NCBI RefSeq assembly: GCF_009914755.1
Contig: NC_060925.1
Length of the DNA: 64,000 nucleotides
Source of the DNA: the human T2T-CHM13v2.0 reference genome, Homo sapiens
Direction: 5' to 3' (one strand)
Part shown: positions 42,701-56,088 of the stretch, one piece after another
Position numbering within the stretch: position 1 is the stretch's first letter
Layout: each line of letters starts with the position of its first letter
Notes under the pieces: generated by a model
Database searches by the model: none
Told to the model about the DNA's origin: nothing
What the model saw: only the letters and a program-made list of their open reading frames with translations
Program-made: the position numbers and the translations under genes

Positions 42701-44841
42701 TATTGAAGATAGTTCTATACTTTGTGGGGGAAATGCTTTAGCAGGAGTATAGACATGGATGCATTTTTCTCACATGAGAATTTCTCATGACCTACAAAGT
42801 ACAGAGCAGTATAGGGCAGACTGAGAGAGATGGCACTGCCAATAAGCTAATCACTTTCTACTCTTTCAAACTGACATTTCTTAAATATTTACTCACCACC
42901 AATTTAGTGCAGTGGCTGAATTCTTTGTGAAGGATGTAGCAAAGGAGGACTAATGGTGAAACCTGCTCCCTTGACGACACGATTTAACCATGGACCCACA
43001 TGTGCATATCCTATTCTTGAAAGCACTGAAAGTGGCTTTTCAAATATTTCTTCCAACAATTGCAATCATTGACAGTTTCTCTGTGACATAGAATTTTCTC
43101 CATCTCAGTATGTTCCCAGTGTTATCTTAGCATCAAATTAATATTTTAAAACTCTTATAAATTGGCTCATAGAGACAAGTGGCCAAATTTTTGTCTCTTA
43201 ATTACCCTGTGGCAGTGTAACAAAGTTGGAAGACCATGTGCTTTAGAATCAGATACGTTGATGGAAAAACAAGTTCTACCACATAAAAGCTTAGAAAATT
43301 TCTAAACTTTTGTGGCCTTGTATTGGCACTTGTGGAAAAATCCTCAATAAGTTTTTATGGAGACATGACTCATCTTGGCAATTAATGACAAAGAAGAAGA
43401 GGTCTGGAACACCTTGGGTTTGTACAGAAAATAAAGCATTTTTAGAGTAATAGAAATAAGTGCAAGGTGAATAAACAAGAGTTAGTAGGAAAAAATAAGT
43501 CAAGCATTAAAATGAATGTCTGATGATAAACCAAATCAAGGAATATTTAGTCTTGGTGTAAATGTAATTTTAAAAATTTTACTTTCTCAAGTTAGAAATG
43601 AAGAATAGTATACTAAATATTGGAGAAAGGAGGAGAGTGTAGCATAACAGAATAAGCAAAAGGAGCTTTTGATTCACCAAGGTTATAGGGAAAGAAGGTC
43701 ATGAATAAAATAAAACCTGGATTAAAACTGGTCAAATATTAGGCAAGTAAATTTAGTGAAAACAGCAATAACATTTACTCTAATGCTGTAATTTTCCCTA
43801 AAGAGCTACACAAATTGTTCCAAAGACCATGTTTAAATGAGTCATGGTCATGATAATCAATATTTTCATTAATTTTGTCAAAATAGATCTGTTATCTTTT
43901 TCCCAAGATCCCCAAGTGTTTCTGTTTTTCTACCTTAGTGAAAACAATTCAAATTTGGACCCATGGAACCCAAGATGCAGTTGAATATCAGCCAAGAGCT
44001 CAAGAGAGGCTCCTGGGACTCATGGGCATGCAGCTCAGTGGCCAGACACATTGTGAATTGACCATGGTAGAAGGCAATGTCCAAATGCTACGTCACTGGA
44101 AATGTTCATTCTTGCAGGCAGTTTTGGACCACTGGTAAATAAAATCATGAATTATTTGATGAAGAGGGAATGTTGGGAAAAGATATCTAAAGGTGACCAT
44201 TTTTAGACAATGGGCTGAGGAACAGGTCGTAAATGAAATGAAGGGAGAAGTTAGAAAGCTGTATTGCAATATTTCAAGAAAACATTCAACTTAATGAACA
44301 GCATTAAATATAATTAAATGGTAATACTGTAAGAGTTTTAAATATTAAAGTACTGATTATCCTTAATGCCACCACATTGAGTTAAACTGCTATTAGTATT
44401 TTGGGTATATGTACATTTTTCCTTCAAGAAACAGGTCCTGGGGATCCTTCAGTGAACTAAACTTACATGACCAAGTATAATTCTAGGACAATAACCAAAC
44501 AAGGAAATCTCAGTAAGTGCTTTGGAGGAACTTGATCAGAAACAGAGCCTCCATGGATTGTTCCTTGGAAGCCCGAGAAGGTCTCCATGAAGCCAAGACA
44601 TAAATATGAGGAAGCCGGCCATACACAGGGGTAAGAGTCCAGGCAGCGAGATAGCAGTTAGTGCAGAGGTTTTAAGGATTATTAAAACCTAGCAATTAAA
44701 AAAAGCTTATGTGTCAGGAGTTTGTATAGATACATATTTTTCTAATCCATTATTGATAAGATAGACAATTCTGAGTACCAATATTATCAAATGGAATGAG
44801 GAAAGCTGTGGGGCCTAGGACAAGTAAATTAAAAACACAGA

Positions 44842-44998
44842 AGTTGGGTATAGTGGCTGACACCTGTAATCCCAACACTTTGGGAGGCTGAGACAGGAGA
44901 ATTGCTTGAGCCCAGGAGGTTGAAGCTTCAGTGAGCCGTATTCATGCTACTGCACTCCAGCCTGGGTGACAGAGCAAGACTGTCTCAAAACAAAACCA
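44842..44998 (+). mobile_element. Monomeric Alu (FRAM-like or left/right-arm recombinant)
   Basis: Left-arm-style start (cctgtaatcccaacactttgggagg) runs directly into a right-arm end (cagtgagcc...ccagcctgggtgacagagcaagac). Flanks aaaaacaca at 44831 and 44999. Confidence 0.85.
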
Positions 44999-45299
44999 AA
45001 AAACACATTTACAGATATAAAATGCATCTTCGTGTGATGATTCAATCAAAATAGTGTATGTAAAATGCAGTGACTGGCACTTAGCTTTCAATAAATCTAA
45101 GCTATTGTAACCCCCAAAATTCCTCTTTATGATACAAACCCTACAAACCACTTTTCAAGTTAAGATAGCATTGCAATACGTTAGTAATTTTGCTCTTAAT
45201 TTCTGCATTTCCTTACTATTGATCAAAGGACAAATGTCCCTGAATATGCACATATATTTAGGTATACATTAACAGTTTGAAGCTTTAACCTGCACCCTT

Positions 45300-45534
45300 G
45301 ATTCCTGAGCCTCCTTACTCTATTCTATTTTCTTTCTGGTAGTATTTGTAACTTTCTAACGTGCAGTATACATTTACTGTGTTACTGTGTCTGTCATTGT
45401 CTTTGTCATAGTCATGGTCTAGCTGGATTGTAAGCTTCATAAGGGATGAGATGCATGTTTCATTCACTGATGTATCACGAGTACCTACAACAGGGCCTGA
45501 CATTTAGTATTGTACAGTATGTATTTGTTGAATG
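45300..45534 (+). mobile_element. L2a 3' end
   Basis: ctggattgtaagcttcataaggg...ttcactgatgtatcacgagtacctacaacagggcctgaca...tatttgttgaatg. Confidence 0.75.
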
Positions 45535-46565
45535 TAAAATAAACAATAGATGATAAAACTTAAAAAACTCAACGTTAAAAAGCAAGTAATCATTAGAAAA
45601 TGGACAAAAAACATGAACAGATATTTCTCTGCAGAGAATATACAGATGGCAAATAAGCATATGAAAAGATCTTCAACAAAATTAAATCCTCAATGAGGAC
45701 AACACACCTATCACAATGACCAAAATTAAAACATAGTGATAACATAACACTATTCAATTCTTGCTGGAAAGAATGCAGAGGGACTGGATCATTCATTCAT
45801 TAGTGATGGAAATTTAAAATGTTAACACAACCCTGGAAAGCATTTTGGCAGTATCTAAAATACTAAATATGAAACTACAGTATGACCCAACAATTGCACT
45901 ACTGGATATTTACCCCATAGAAATGAAAACTTATATTCACACAAATGCCTATATACAAATGTTTATAGAAGCTTACTTCATAATAGCCAAATACAGTAAT
46001 AACCCAGATCTTCTTCAGCAAACAGAGAATCACTAAACAAATGGTGGAATATCCACATCATAGAATACTACTCAGCAATAAGGCTGAATGAACTATTGAT
46101 ACACACAACAATTTGGATAAATCTACAGAGAATTATGTTAAGTTCTACATAACATAACATAACATAACATAACATAACATAACATAACATAACAATTCTA
46201 CAGAGAATTATGTTAAGAGAAAAAAGCCAATTCCAAAAAGTTACTTACAGTGTGGTTCCATTTATAAAGCAATATTGAAATGACTGAATTATAGTAATAA
46301 AAATAGATTAATGGGAGCCATGGGTTAAGGAAGGATTGGAAGTAGGTGTAGCTATAGAAGTGCAAAAGAGGAGTTCTTGTGATGATAGAAATACTCTGTG
46401 TTGTGATTGTATCGATATTAATATCCTGGTTACAATATTGTACTATAGTTGTACAAGATATTACCATTGGTAGAAACTGAGCAAATGGAGCAGGTGATTT
46501 CTCTGTATTATATCTTAAAATTGTATGTGAATCTACAATGATCTCAAAATGAAGTTTAATTTAAG
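45535..46565 (+). mobile_element. L1MC1/2-like 3' end
   Basis: aaatggacaaaaaacatgaacagatatttc...cagatggcaaataagcatatgaaaagat...ttaccattggtagaaactg...gtgaatctacaatgatctcaaaat. Confidence 0.85.
46122..46217. repeat. (ACATA)9 microsatellite flanked by a perfect 21-bp duplication
   Basis: tctacagagaattatgttaag at 46122-42 and 46197-217; repeat array at 46147-46194. Confidence 0.95.
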
Positions 46566-46611
46566 AAGTGGACATGGAAAAAATTGACATGGAATGCATA
46601 ATATTTTAAAA

Positions 46612-47135
46612 GGTAATATTTACATAGTATCTTCCATGATACAGACAATATTCTAAGTGCATTATACCAATTAACTCATTTAGTTCTGAAAACAATCCTA
46701 AGAGTCAGGTATCTCTTATTCTCTCACAATTAAATGATAAACTGAGTATTAAGTAATTTGCCTCAGGTCACAGAGCATTATATGATGAAACAAGTTTTGT
46801 TCTATTTAATTTCAAAGTTCAAAAAGAAAAGAGAACATAGCATGAACACATCATCTGGTTTCAATAATTATCACATTATGAACAGTCTTCTTTCATTCAA
46901 ATCCCTATACTCTCCCCATCTTCTGGTTTATTTTGAAGCAAATTCCCCATATCATGTATTTTAATTATAAGTATTTTAGAATCCAACTCTATGAGATAAG
47001 GAGTCTTTTTAAAAATATAACCTCAAAGCCTTGACCACACCTAAAAAAATAAACAATAATTCCTTAATATTATCTAATATCCTGAACAGATGTTTTAACC
47101 CAGGCCATATGACTCCAGAATGATGTTTTAACCAA
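46612..47135 (-). mobile_element. MIR interrupted by an L1MC5-like 3' fragment (about 46800-47082)
   Basis: MIR left part (ttaactcatttagtt...aaactgagtattaagtaatttgcctcaggtcacagag) and right part (tttaacccaggccatatgactccaga) surround ttattttgaagcaaattcc...aacaataattccttaatattatctaatatcc. Confidence 0.7.
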
Positions 47136-48272
47136 TAGGTTTTCTCTGATGAAAGTACAGATCTAATACCTTATAGTCATCTAGAGCTAGGAAGAAAAAT
47201 GAATGTTGGGTTTTAGAACACAATATTATGGCAAAGGATAGCCTTATACAAATACAAGGTTAACATATCATTTTATTGATAAGCTAGGGTATAATGCTGA
47301 ATTTAAATCCATTTCTGCTCTGATCTTCGATTCCCTATGTGTTTAATTGGTGATGATTTTTCCCTAGTTAGCTTCAGATAGTCTTATTTAATAATTATTT
47401 CCCTTTCCAAGTGATCTCTTTGAGGTCTCTTTGTTGTCTGTCTTTTGAGGTTTCAAGCCACCCCCTAGTTATTGGTCTTGAAGCACATCACTCCAATATT
47501 TCATTTTTCTCTCAGATTTAGATCACTGTTAGGCCTCCTTATCTTATATGCTTAATAAATTAGTTAAGTGTCTGGTGTGCTTGTGCAAGGTAAGAGACTG
47601 ACATTTTGAAAATTCATATCTTTTAAATTTTGGTTTGTACTCACATTTATACATTCAGAAATAGCACCATATTCTGAAACACCAACAATAAAAATACAGA
47701 AAAACTCTATACAGGTATGGTGTTTTAAGACATGATCTGTTTTTAAGAAAGTCAGAAAAAAAGTCTTTAAGGCATATTTCACAGCTACAGAAATTGAGGC
47801 TAAGAGTGTCAAAGAGAATGATTAGTTTCCTAGGTGACAAAATCCAGCAGTGTTGTGTTTTAAAACATATTCTTAAAAATATTAAACTGAAAAATGTTAA
47901 TGGTGATTGGAAACATTAAAATACAGTTCAAAGAAGAATAAAAACTGGTACTTAAGATTTAGGTATGATTTATTAGAGCTATACTAAAAAGTGCAGAAAC
48001 TTTCTAGAGTCTAATAATATAAAATATCTACTTCTATTAAAGCCAACCATTGAGCTGCACTTAAGAGTGCACTTTCTAGTTAGTCTTTCTATAAATAAAA
48101 GCTTTATTTATCAACAAATCATTGTCCAAAGGTGTGATTTGTATAACACATATATACTTGAAAATCACTTCATATTTTTTGCAAGCTATAAATTTAGATA
48201 AAGGAGACTACTATTTGTATTTAAGTAGTGAAGGAAGTAGTTAATTATTGGATTATGTTCCAGATAGATGTT

Positions 48273-48297
48273 AAAAAGATGGTAATACCATCTTTTT
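48273..48297. repeat. 25-bp palindrome (12-bp arms, 1-nt spacer)
   Basis: aaaaagatggta-a-taccatcttttt. Confidence 0.95.
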
Positions 48298-48709
48298 TTC
48301 AACAATTACCACTGAGATTTCTCTTTCTAGAGAGTTCATGAGACATAATCCATTGCTAATTGCTTTGATTATGACTTACCTAACCTCTAATACCCCATGA
48401 CCTTTTCCAAGTTCATTTTCAATTTAATGAGCCAAACTAGTAAAGTTTACACTGTCCTTTTGATAAGGGTTTCTAGGATGTCGTTATGAATTAAATAATT
48501 TTTTGCTCAAACTCTGCTCCTTCATACTAAATGAGGTGGAAGAGCTGATGCCTTTTCCTTAAACTTTGCCATCTATTTACATAATTATGCCTCGAAATAT
48601 GTTTATTTCTTTGAGGTTTTAAAACTTTCAAATACTAAGGTTTTTTGTTCTTTATTAATTTTATATTGCATTTCACTGCTAATATTATAAAGATCCACTG
48701 CTTAACAAT

Positions 48710-50070
48710 TACTAGTTCAAATAACAACCAGAACTGACAGGTATAAAATTTACCCTCATACTTAAAAGAACTACAAAAACAGTATAAAATATATGAAACA
48801 ATGAAGCCCAAGTCATTGGCATTAGGCAATTAATAACAATGATTCCCGAGACCTGAGAAACAGAGAAGGTGAATCCTAGGATTGCCTCACCTTGCTGCCT
48901 GGGGAAAGTTTTCAGATTGTGGTACAAAAAGAGGGGAATCTTGTGGTCTTCTCGAGTCAAGGAGACAACTGGAAATCCAAGGAAGACAAAACAGTGAGGT
49001 CACAGAGCAGAGTCTCAGAGATGAAAGAGCTGCACAGAGAAAGAACTCTGTAGATCTGCCGGGGGTCTTTCTGGAGGATTCAGTTGAGAGCTCATCAACA
49101 CAATTATGTGAGGAAATTATCATAGGATGGAAAATGAACCACTGCAAAGAGAACACTGCTCAGAGATCCCACAGGGACAGGAATATTGTGTGTTCCCAAC
49201 AGTCAGTATGGAAAACCTCATAATTCAAGAGGTATTGGTAAGAATACTAAGAATGGCCTTCCCTTCTAAATATGGAAGCTGGAGATTAACCCCATATTAA
49301 ACACAGTTCCAGTCCCACATAACAAAGCTTCAATAAAAGACCTGAAAGGATCACACTGATTCCAAGTAGCTTAACCAAATCCCAAAACAAGGCTTGATAA
49401 TATTTTTATGAATACTAGCAAGATAATATTCACAATGTCTGGTATCTAATCAAAGATAACAAGAAATGCAAAGAAGCAGAAAAATACTAACCATATGAAG
49501 GAGAATAATCAATCAATAAAATGTGGGGCAGCTACAAGTGGCCAGCAATATATGTATTGGAATCTTGAAGGAATTGAGGCAAGACATTTGCAGGAATAAT
49601 GGTTAAAAAATTTCCAAATTGGAAGAAAAATATAAACTCAAGACCCAAGAGGCTCAACACAGCCCATGGAAAAATCATAGGGAGAAAGCTACACCAAGAC
49701 ACATCATTAAACAATTTCTTAAAACCTGTGATGAAAAGAAAATATTATATCTTAAAAGCAGATGGAGGAAAAAAATGTTATTTACAGAGAAAAAAGATAA
49801 GGATGACAGCTGATTTCTTGTCAGAAATAATGCAAGCTAGAAAAAAGTGGAGAAACATCTTCAAAGTATTGAATTAAAAGAAAACAAAAAAAAAACTGTC
49901 AACATAGAATTCTTTACAAGCAAAAATATCTTTCAAAAATAAAAATACATTTTTAGATGCACAAATGCAAAAAGAATTTTTCACCAGCAAATCCATGCTG
50001 CTACACGTGTTCAAGAAAATTTTCAAACCAAAGGAAACTGACCTAAGATAGAAACCTGGATCTGCACACA
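48710..50070 (+). mobile_element. Old L1 (L1MC-type) 5'UTR/ORF1 fragment
   Basis: ORF 49599-49877 contains the L1 ORF1p motif KIRMTADFLSEIMQARKKWRNIFKVL. Confidence 0.8.
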
Positions 50071-50369
50071 AATTTACTGAATTTCAGTAAATGTTGCCCT
50101 GCCTTCTCAATCTGTCTTATCCAAGTTGGGGTTACTTATTAAATTTACTAAACTGTATTGACTGTTTCAAGAATGTGTCATAGTGTATCAAAGACCAGCA
50201 TTCTCTTTGTAAATTAATCATTACTACATCCATTATGCCCAACATAAATCCTAGTTCCTAACAGAAATCTAAAGCTTGCAGGTTATTCATCATCTTTCTT
50301 ATATTTATTTGTTAATATCTTAACCAGTTGCAATCTGAAACATTGTGGAGCTCTTTTAACTTTTTACCT

Positions 50370-50790
50370 GCCATGAACCAACTCCCTATGTCATTAACCT
50401 ATTCCTGAATAATCCCTTTACCTCTTGCTGTGATGAAATTTGTCTCTCTTCCAAGGATACTTACTCCCTTGTAGTACTCAGGTAGTGGAGGCTGCGTTTT
50501 CTTTCTTACTCAGGTATCCCTGGGCTGGTGATAAGTTCAGTGCTCAATTTGCTCATATCACATTATAGAAGATTCTGATATTAAATTATAAGGCTTGTTC
50601 CACTTAATGGTAACTTTCACATAACAGTTTTCAAGATCTCAATCGTAATGATTGGTGGTTGCAGTGCCTGCTCCATTCTTTTTATCTCTAACCTCACTGC
50701 TCCCACAGTCCACAGTGGATGATCCATCAAACCACTTGGCCTCTTATTACTTCCAAAAATTTTTACAACCACAAGACTCCTCCACTCACC
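50370..50790 (+). mobile_element. L2 ORF2 5' (endonuclease-region) fragment
   Basis: cctcttgctgtgatgaaatttgtctctcttccaaggatac...gtggatgatccatcaaaccacttggcctct. Confidence 0.5.
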
Positions 50791-51488
50791 CAGGGAATAT
50801 TATAGTTTAGACAGGTGAATATCATTAATCAACAAAAATAAATGACAATAATTCAGGAAATAACCAGGAACACACTGGATGGTTCTCAAATGTTGCTCTT
50901 CTTAATAGTTCAAATTTATTTAATTTGTAGGGAATATCTGTTAGTCTTGCTCAGACTTTAAGTTTGAGATGTGGGCTACAATTTTGAAGTAGTTGTTACA
51001 AACCTATTATTTTCTCATAGTCCAAATTTTCTCACATTTGTAGGATAAAAATGTTTAGCTAATAAAAACTAATAAAATTTTTTTAATTAAGAAATATGTA
51101 ACTGCAACATCTATAAAAGTAAGTACACCCTACACTAGAAATAAAATGCCAAATTAATAAGTCCTGTGTCTAAAAATGCTTCTCAGTGATTTTATTTCCT
51201 TATGTCTAAGGACAAAACAACTCAAGATTTACATTTCAATTATTTTCTAATTTTGCCCATGATTGTGTGTCCATGTGTAGGTATGAAATATTATCTTGGG
51301 AGCTATAAACATGGGTGTGTCCTCGTTATAGCTTTTTTATTTTTATATAAGAACACATATCTCTGTTTTACACTTGATTCTAAAGAGTACACATTATGTA
51401 TGTATTTTAATTATAAATCACTAAAACACTATGTTGTTTTATTTTGGATTTTCCTGTGATTTTTTGTTTCTGTAATTTTTATGATTCA

Positions 51489-51798
<310 letters not shown>

Positions 51799-52486
51799 AT
51801 GACTGTCTTTTTATCACAATGGTGCACTAGTCAAAGACTGGCCATCATCATCTTCACATCTCCATTCCTAGAACAATGATGTCAGATTCATATTTGTAAG
51901 TGTTTAAGAAATGCATGTTGTATAAAATGTAACTCAAACAACAACAGAAAGATATAGTATAAGTAAAAATAACAATAAAAAATCTATTTCTGACATTCAG
52001 GAAACATTTATTTTGGTTTAAAAAGAGTCACGATTCTGAAGTTCTTATTAGTAAACAAGTCATTAAATTTTAAGACTGAACATACTTTAGAAATCAAAAT
52101 ATGGCTGTGTTAAATGTTTAAGAGTAACGGAACTGAGATTTAAGTTTGGATTATGAATACAGATCTCAAAGAAGGAAGGATGTGGCCTAGAAAGATGACA
52201 CCACAGTGTCAACCACACCAGGACTTTGTTTGATGCCAAGGCTGGTGTAAGGCAATGTAGGACATTGTCCCAGCAATCAGGAGAACTACAGTTAACTCGG
52301 TAAGCTCTGAGAGACCACATGCAAATTAATGATGCCATAATGAAGAGCTAGCTAAGAATATAAGACAACTAATGAGCAACGTAAAACTCAGCAAATGATT
52401 AAGTAGCAAGACTCCAAACTTAAGCAGTCTTCTGGTTTGAGATAATACAGTGGCCAGCTAATGTTATGTACTTCTTCCTCAGATGC

Positions 52487-52847
52487 TGTGGAGCATGGAG
52501 GTGTATTGTTTAGGCCTTTGGCTGTAGCTGCCAGATGCCACATCTGCATCTTTGAAATTGACTACAGGGTTCATGCTAAGGCCATGTTCTCACTGGCCAT
52601 TTTTATAGGCCAATAGCTGAGCATGGAGTATGGTACTAGAGCCAGGCACTTCAACCCTTTAATGGGAAATCTTTGTTGTAGGATCTCCATCAGCCTGGAC
52701 TCATCCAGGCTCAGAGCTGTGCTGCAGTGTGAGAGTCTTTCTTCCCAATCTCCTTTCTTACTTCTCTCTAACCCTTCACAGGTTAATAAATCTCTTGTAA
52801 CTTTAATCTTGTCTTAATGTCTGCTTCTTACAGGACCTGAACAGACA
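52487..52847 (+). mobile_element. LTR16 (LTR16C-like) ERVL solo LTR
   Basis: gccaatagctgagcatgg...ggtactagagcc...ctcagagctgtgctgcagt...aataaatctcttg...ctgcttcttacaggacctgaacagaca. Confidence 0.75.
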
Positions 52848-53232
52848 TAAATGCCTTTAAAATTCTGGTAACACATAGCCAAGTATGCAAATTTTTATGA
52901 GAAAGAAATTGAGGGGATCAACTGTCCAATTAGCGATTAAAACACAACAATACAACAAAACGTATAGAAGACAGAGAACAGATAGAAGTAGACACGGCCA
53001 AGAGTAAGAATGGACAGAACCATAGGAAGGAAGAATTTGGTTCATCCTCAGGATTCTCAAAGAGAGCAAGAGTGAGAGATAAGATGAAAAACAGAGATAA
53101 ACACGTTCTTATGTAAAACCGTTGGCCCTCACCCTTACCCCATGTTCAAAACATTAGCCAGACAGGCATCACCTTTTCAATTAAATATATATTCATGTAA
53201 CAGCACTCCTCAATATTTATTGTTACAGTAAA

Positions 53233-53315
53233 TATTATGTTGAGCTGTATTAAATTGCTATTTTTGTAGGCCAAAGAAGTGAAATATTGTCCATTTCTTT
53301 TCGTTCAACAAGATA
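53233..53315. mobile_element. MADE2 mariner-derived MITE
   Basis: About 80-bp degenerate palindrome tattatgttgagctgtattaaattgctatttttgtagg...atttcttttcgttcaacaagata. Confidence 0.7.
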
Positions 53316-53568
53316 GTCAGAATAGTGTAAATAATGTATTAAGGGTCAACTTTTAGAAATAGCAGTTAGTCATAATTGAGAATAATATATATGACTATAT
53401 GAATAATAATTTGTAAGATTATCTAACAGCATCACTTTAATTAACCTTGATGATATTAAAGTAAAAGTACAAGTGTCAAAATTTTAGAGTTGGCAGTCAA
53501 GGATGCCAGAAGATGGATAAGGCCATTTTTTCTATTTTTCAATATGCAACTTATGAAAGAGAAAATGG

Positions 53569-53870
53569 GACTGGGCGCAGTAGCTCACACCTGTAATCAC
53601 AACACTTTGGGAGGTCGAGGCGGGAGGATTGCTTGAACCCGGGAGTTCAGGACCAGCCTGAGCAACCTGGTAAAACCCCATCTCTACAAAAAATAGAAAA
53701 ATTAGCCTGGTGGAGTGGCTCACTCCTTAGTCCCAGCTGTTTGGGAGGCTGAGGAGGAAGGAGCCTGGGAGGTTGAGGCTGCAATGAGCAGAGATCATGA
53801 CACTGCATGTCACCTCGGCAACAGAGTGAGACCCTGTCTCAAATAAATAAATAAATACGTAAATAAATAA
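53569..53870 (+). mobile_element. AluJ
   Basis: J-type gggaggattgcttga and agaccctgtctc; (AAAT)n tail. Confidence 0.92.
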
Positions 53871-54772
53871 AGGGGAAATAAAAGTAAGGTTATATAATTT
53901 ACAGATGCAAAGGTAATGATAATGGGACTAGGAAATGATGACATGACTATATTGCTATAGGGCAGTAGAGAAAGAGTAAACAAGCAAATTCTCATCTATA
54001 TAGTAGGAAATCAAAATATCAAAAATTGATAATCTAGAGAAAGAAATGTTAGACTATTACTTTAATTGTTGTTTCTCCATTGGAGTAATAACAGGAGAAA
54101 AGAGATTGGAGGTTAGGACTTGTTGGCTTTGTAGTATAAGACTAAGAAATGATCACTCATGCTGAAATCGTGCAAGGCAATTTTCATAATTGTGGGAAAA
54201 AATTAGATAATTTCATAATCTTTCAAAGGTTTCTCAAAAGATTAAAAAACTATTTTGGTCACTTACAAACGTTCAAAAAAATGAAAACAACCATGAAACT
54301 AATATTTATTTAGTATAATGTAATTAGAAACATCGAAAATTAAAGTGTTTTAATTTCTTTGCAAAAATGTTATCAGCAGTTGTTTGCATAATGCCCACCT
54401 TCTCTTCATATAGTCTACAGACCAAGTACCTTTTTCATGCCTTGGCAAATTGTCATACTCCTTTCTACATTTGGATCAATTTCCAACATTTTATCCTATG
54501 TGCTTTCAATGTCATAAAATATCTTTGAGAGTTTTTCAGTTTTTTTAGTTTTTGCTCATGTCACTTTGGACATCCACAACCTTTCGACAAAATCATTTAT
54601 CTCATTTATGTCAACACATTTGCATTTACTAAATTCCTCTGGCTACATATCTAGCAACCCTCAAACAGCAGAAATGCCAATGTAATCAGCTATTTCTTCT
54701 ATAACTCCATTTACATTCAATTTGAATTTCACTATCAGTTATATCACTTTGTCTTTCTTTGCTGCATATTCA

Positions 54773-55010
54773 TTTCTCTCTTTTTCCTTCCTTCCCTCCC
54801 TCCCTCCTTCCCTCCCTCCCTCCCTCCCTCCCTCCCTTCCTTCCTTCCTTCCTTCTTTCCTTCCTTCCTTCCTTCCTTCCATCTTTCTCTTTTTAGAGAT
54901 GGAGTCTTGCTCTGTGTCCCAGATTGGCCTCAAATTCCTGAGCTCAAGGTATTCTCCCATCTCAGCCTCCCTAGTAGCTGGAACTACAGGCATTTACCAC
55001 TGAGTCTGCC
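54773..55010 (-). mobile_element. FLAM-type Alu monomer with tail converted to (CCTT)/(CCCT)n
   Basis: Monomer body at 54895-55010; 108-bp pure pyrimidine run at 54773-54880. Confidence 0.8.
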
Positions 55011-55021
55011 TCTGTTTTTTG

Positions 55022-55037
55022 TTTTCTTTCTTTTTTT

Positions 55038-55101
<64 letters not shown>

Positions 55102-55176
55102 TCGTGTCCGTCTGTCTGTCTTTCTTTCTTTCTTTTTTCTTTCTTTCTTTCTTCTTTCTCTCTCTTTTTTTTTTCT
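55022..55176. repeat. (TTTC)n compound tetranucleotide STR
   Basis: (TTTC)17 at 55036-55103, plus interrupted units. Confidence 0.95.
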
Positions 55177-55861
55177 TGAGGCAGGGTCCTCTTGACCAAT
55201 TCGCTCTGTCAATTATCCATTTCTGTAAAATGTCATATGAGTTTTATCACTGGCAGACAAGGAGGCAGTAAAACTAAAGGTTGTAGTGTATGTATTTGAA
55301 GTGAATAACAGATGAGCAGTGATCAATCACAGACAGACTTTGAAAGAAGTGACATGATTAGTCACTGATCATAATGTGCATCTGTTACTTATGTAGCAAT
55401 TTGGGGACTAAAGTTTCAACAGCCAATTTGGTATTTTATGCAATTACTTAATTAAAATATTGTGGTAACTGAAATTTGAACCATGTTGTTGAGGGAATGG
55501 CTTTATTCAACTAAATTTCTGGAACAGAATTGGTGTATTCTGGTAATGTGCAAACTGAAGAGTGCCTTTTAATCAAAGGTTTATTAATTGTCTTTTTCTT
55601 TATTGTATGTGTATTTGTTTATTTTTACTTCGTTTTCATTCGTTTTAAGTGCCATTGGGCAAAAACTATACCAGTTTTACTCATTAATGTAAAGCTAGTC
55701 CCTAGCACATCTGCATAAACATAGAATCCCAAATAGCTGTTGAACCAATGAATGAACAGAAAAAACAAATTCTGTGTTTTTAGGAGAGTTACCAGTTGGC
55801 CTCTATCTTCTTGGAGGCAATGCAATTCAGTTGCCAAGTGTGACTTCTAAAGTTAATTTAC

Positions 55862-56088
55862 CACAGTGAAAATGAAATTCTGGATGAAAATCCCAGCTCT
55901 GCTATTTATTAGCTATGTAACCCTGGACAAGTCATCTAAATATCCTGTGCCCCAGTTTTCTCATCCATAAAAAGGGAATAATTGTAGTGCCTATTGTAGA
56001 GGATGCTGTAATTATTCAATGAGTTAATGTACATAAAACAACTTGACAATGCCAAAATAGTAACGACTATACAAATCGCAGTCATTAT
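55862..56088 (+). mobile_element. MIR SINE
   Basis: aatcccagctctgctatttattagctatgtaaccctggacaagtca...cccagttttctcatccataaaaaggg. Confidence 0.85.

Larger units (their letters stand above)
54120..55500 (-). mobile_element. Old non-autonomous Tigger-family element (subfamily uncertain), interrupted at about 54773-55189
   Basis: Antisense transposase C-terminal remnant (tgccttggcaaattgtcatactcctttcta...ttccaacattttatcc). Collinear sequence resumes after the insert and ends gtggtaactgaaatttgaaccatgttgttgaggg. Confidence 0.65.

Noticed and set aside
54722-55212. KER/EGR-rich or SFL-rich ORFs
   Set aside because: Read-through of tetranucleotide STRs.
55305-55390. Nested inverted repeat (taacagatg...catctgtta; cagtgatcaatca/tgattagtcactg)
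   Set aside because: It lies inside the Tigger-family element and appears to be an ancestral feature of it.
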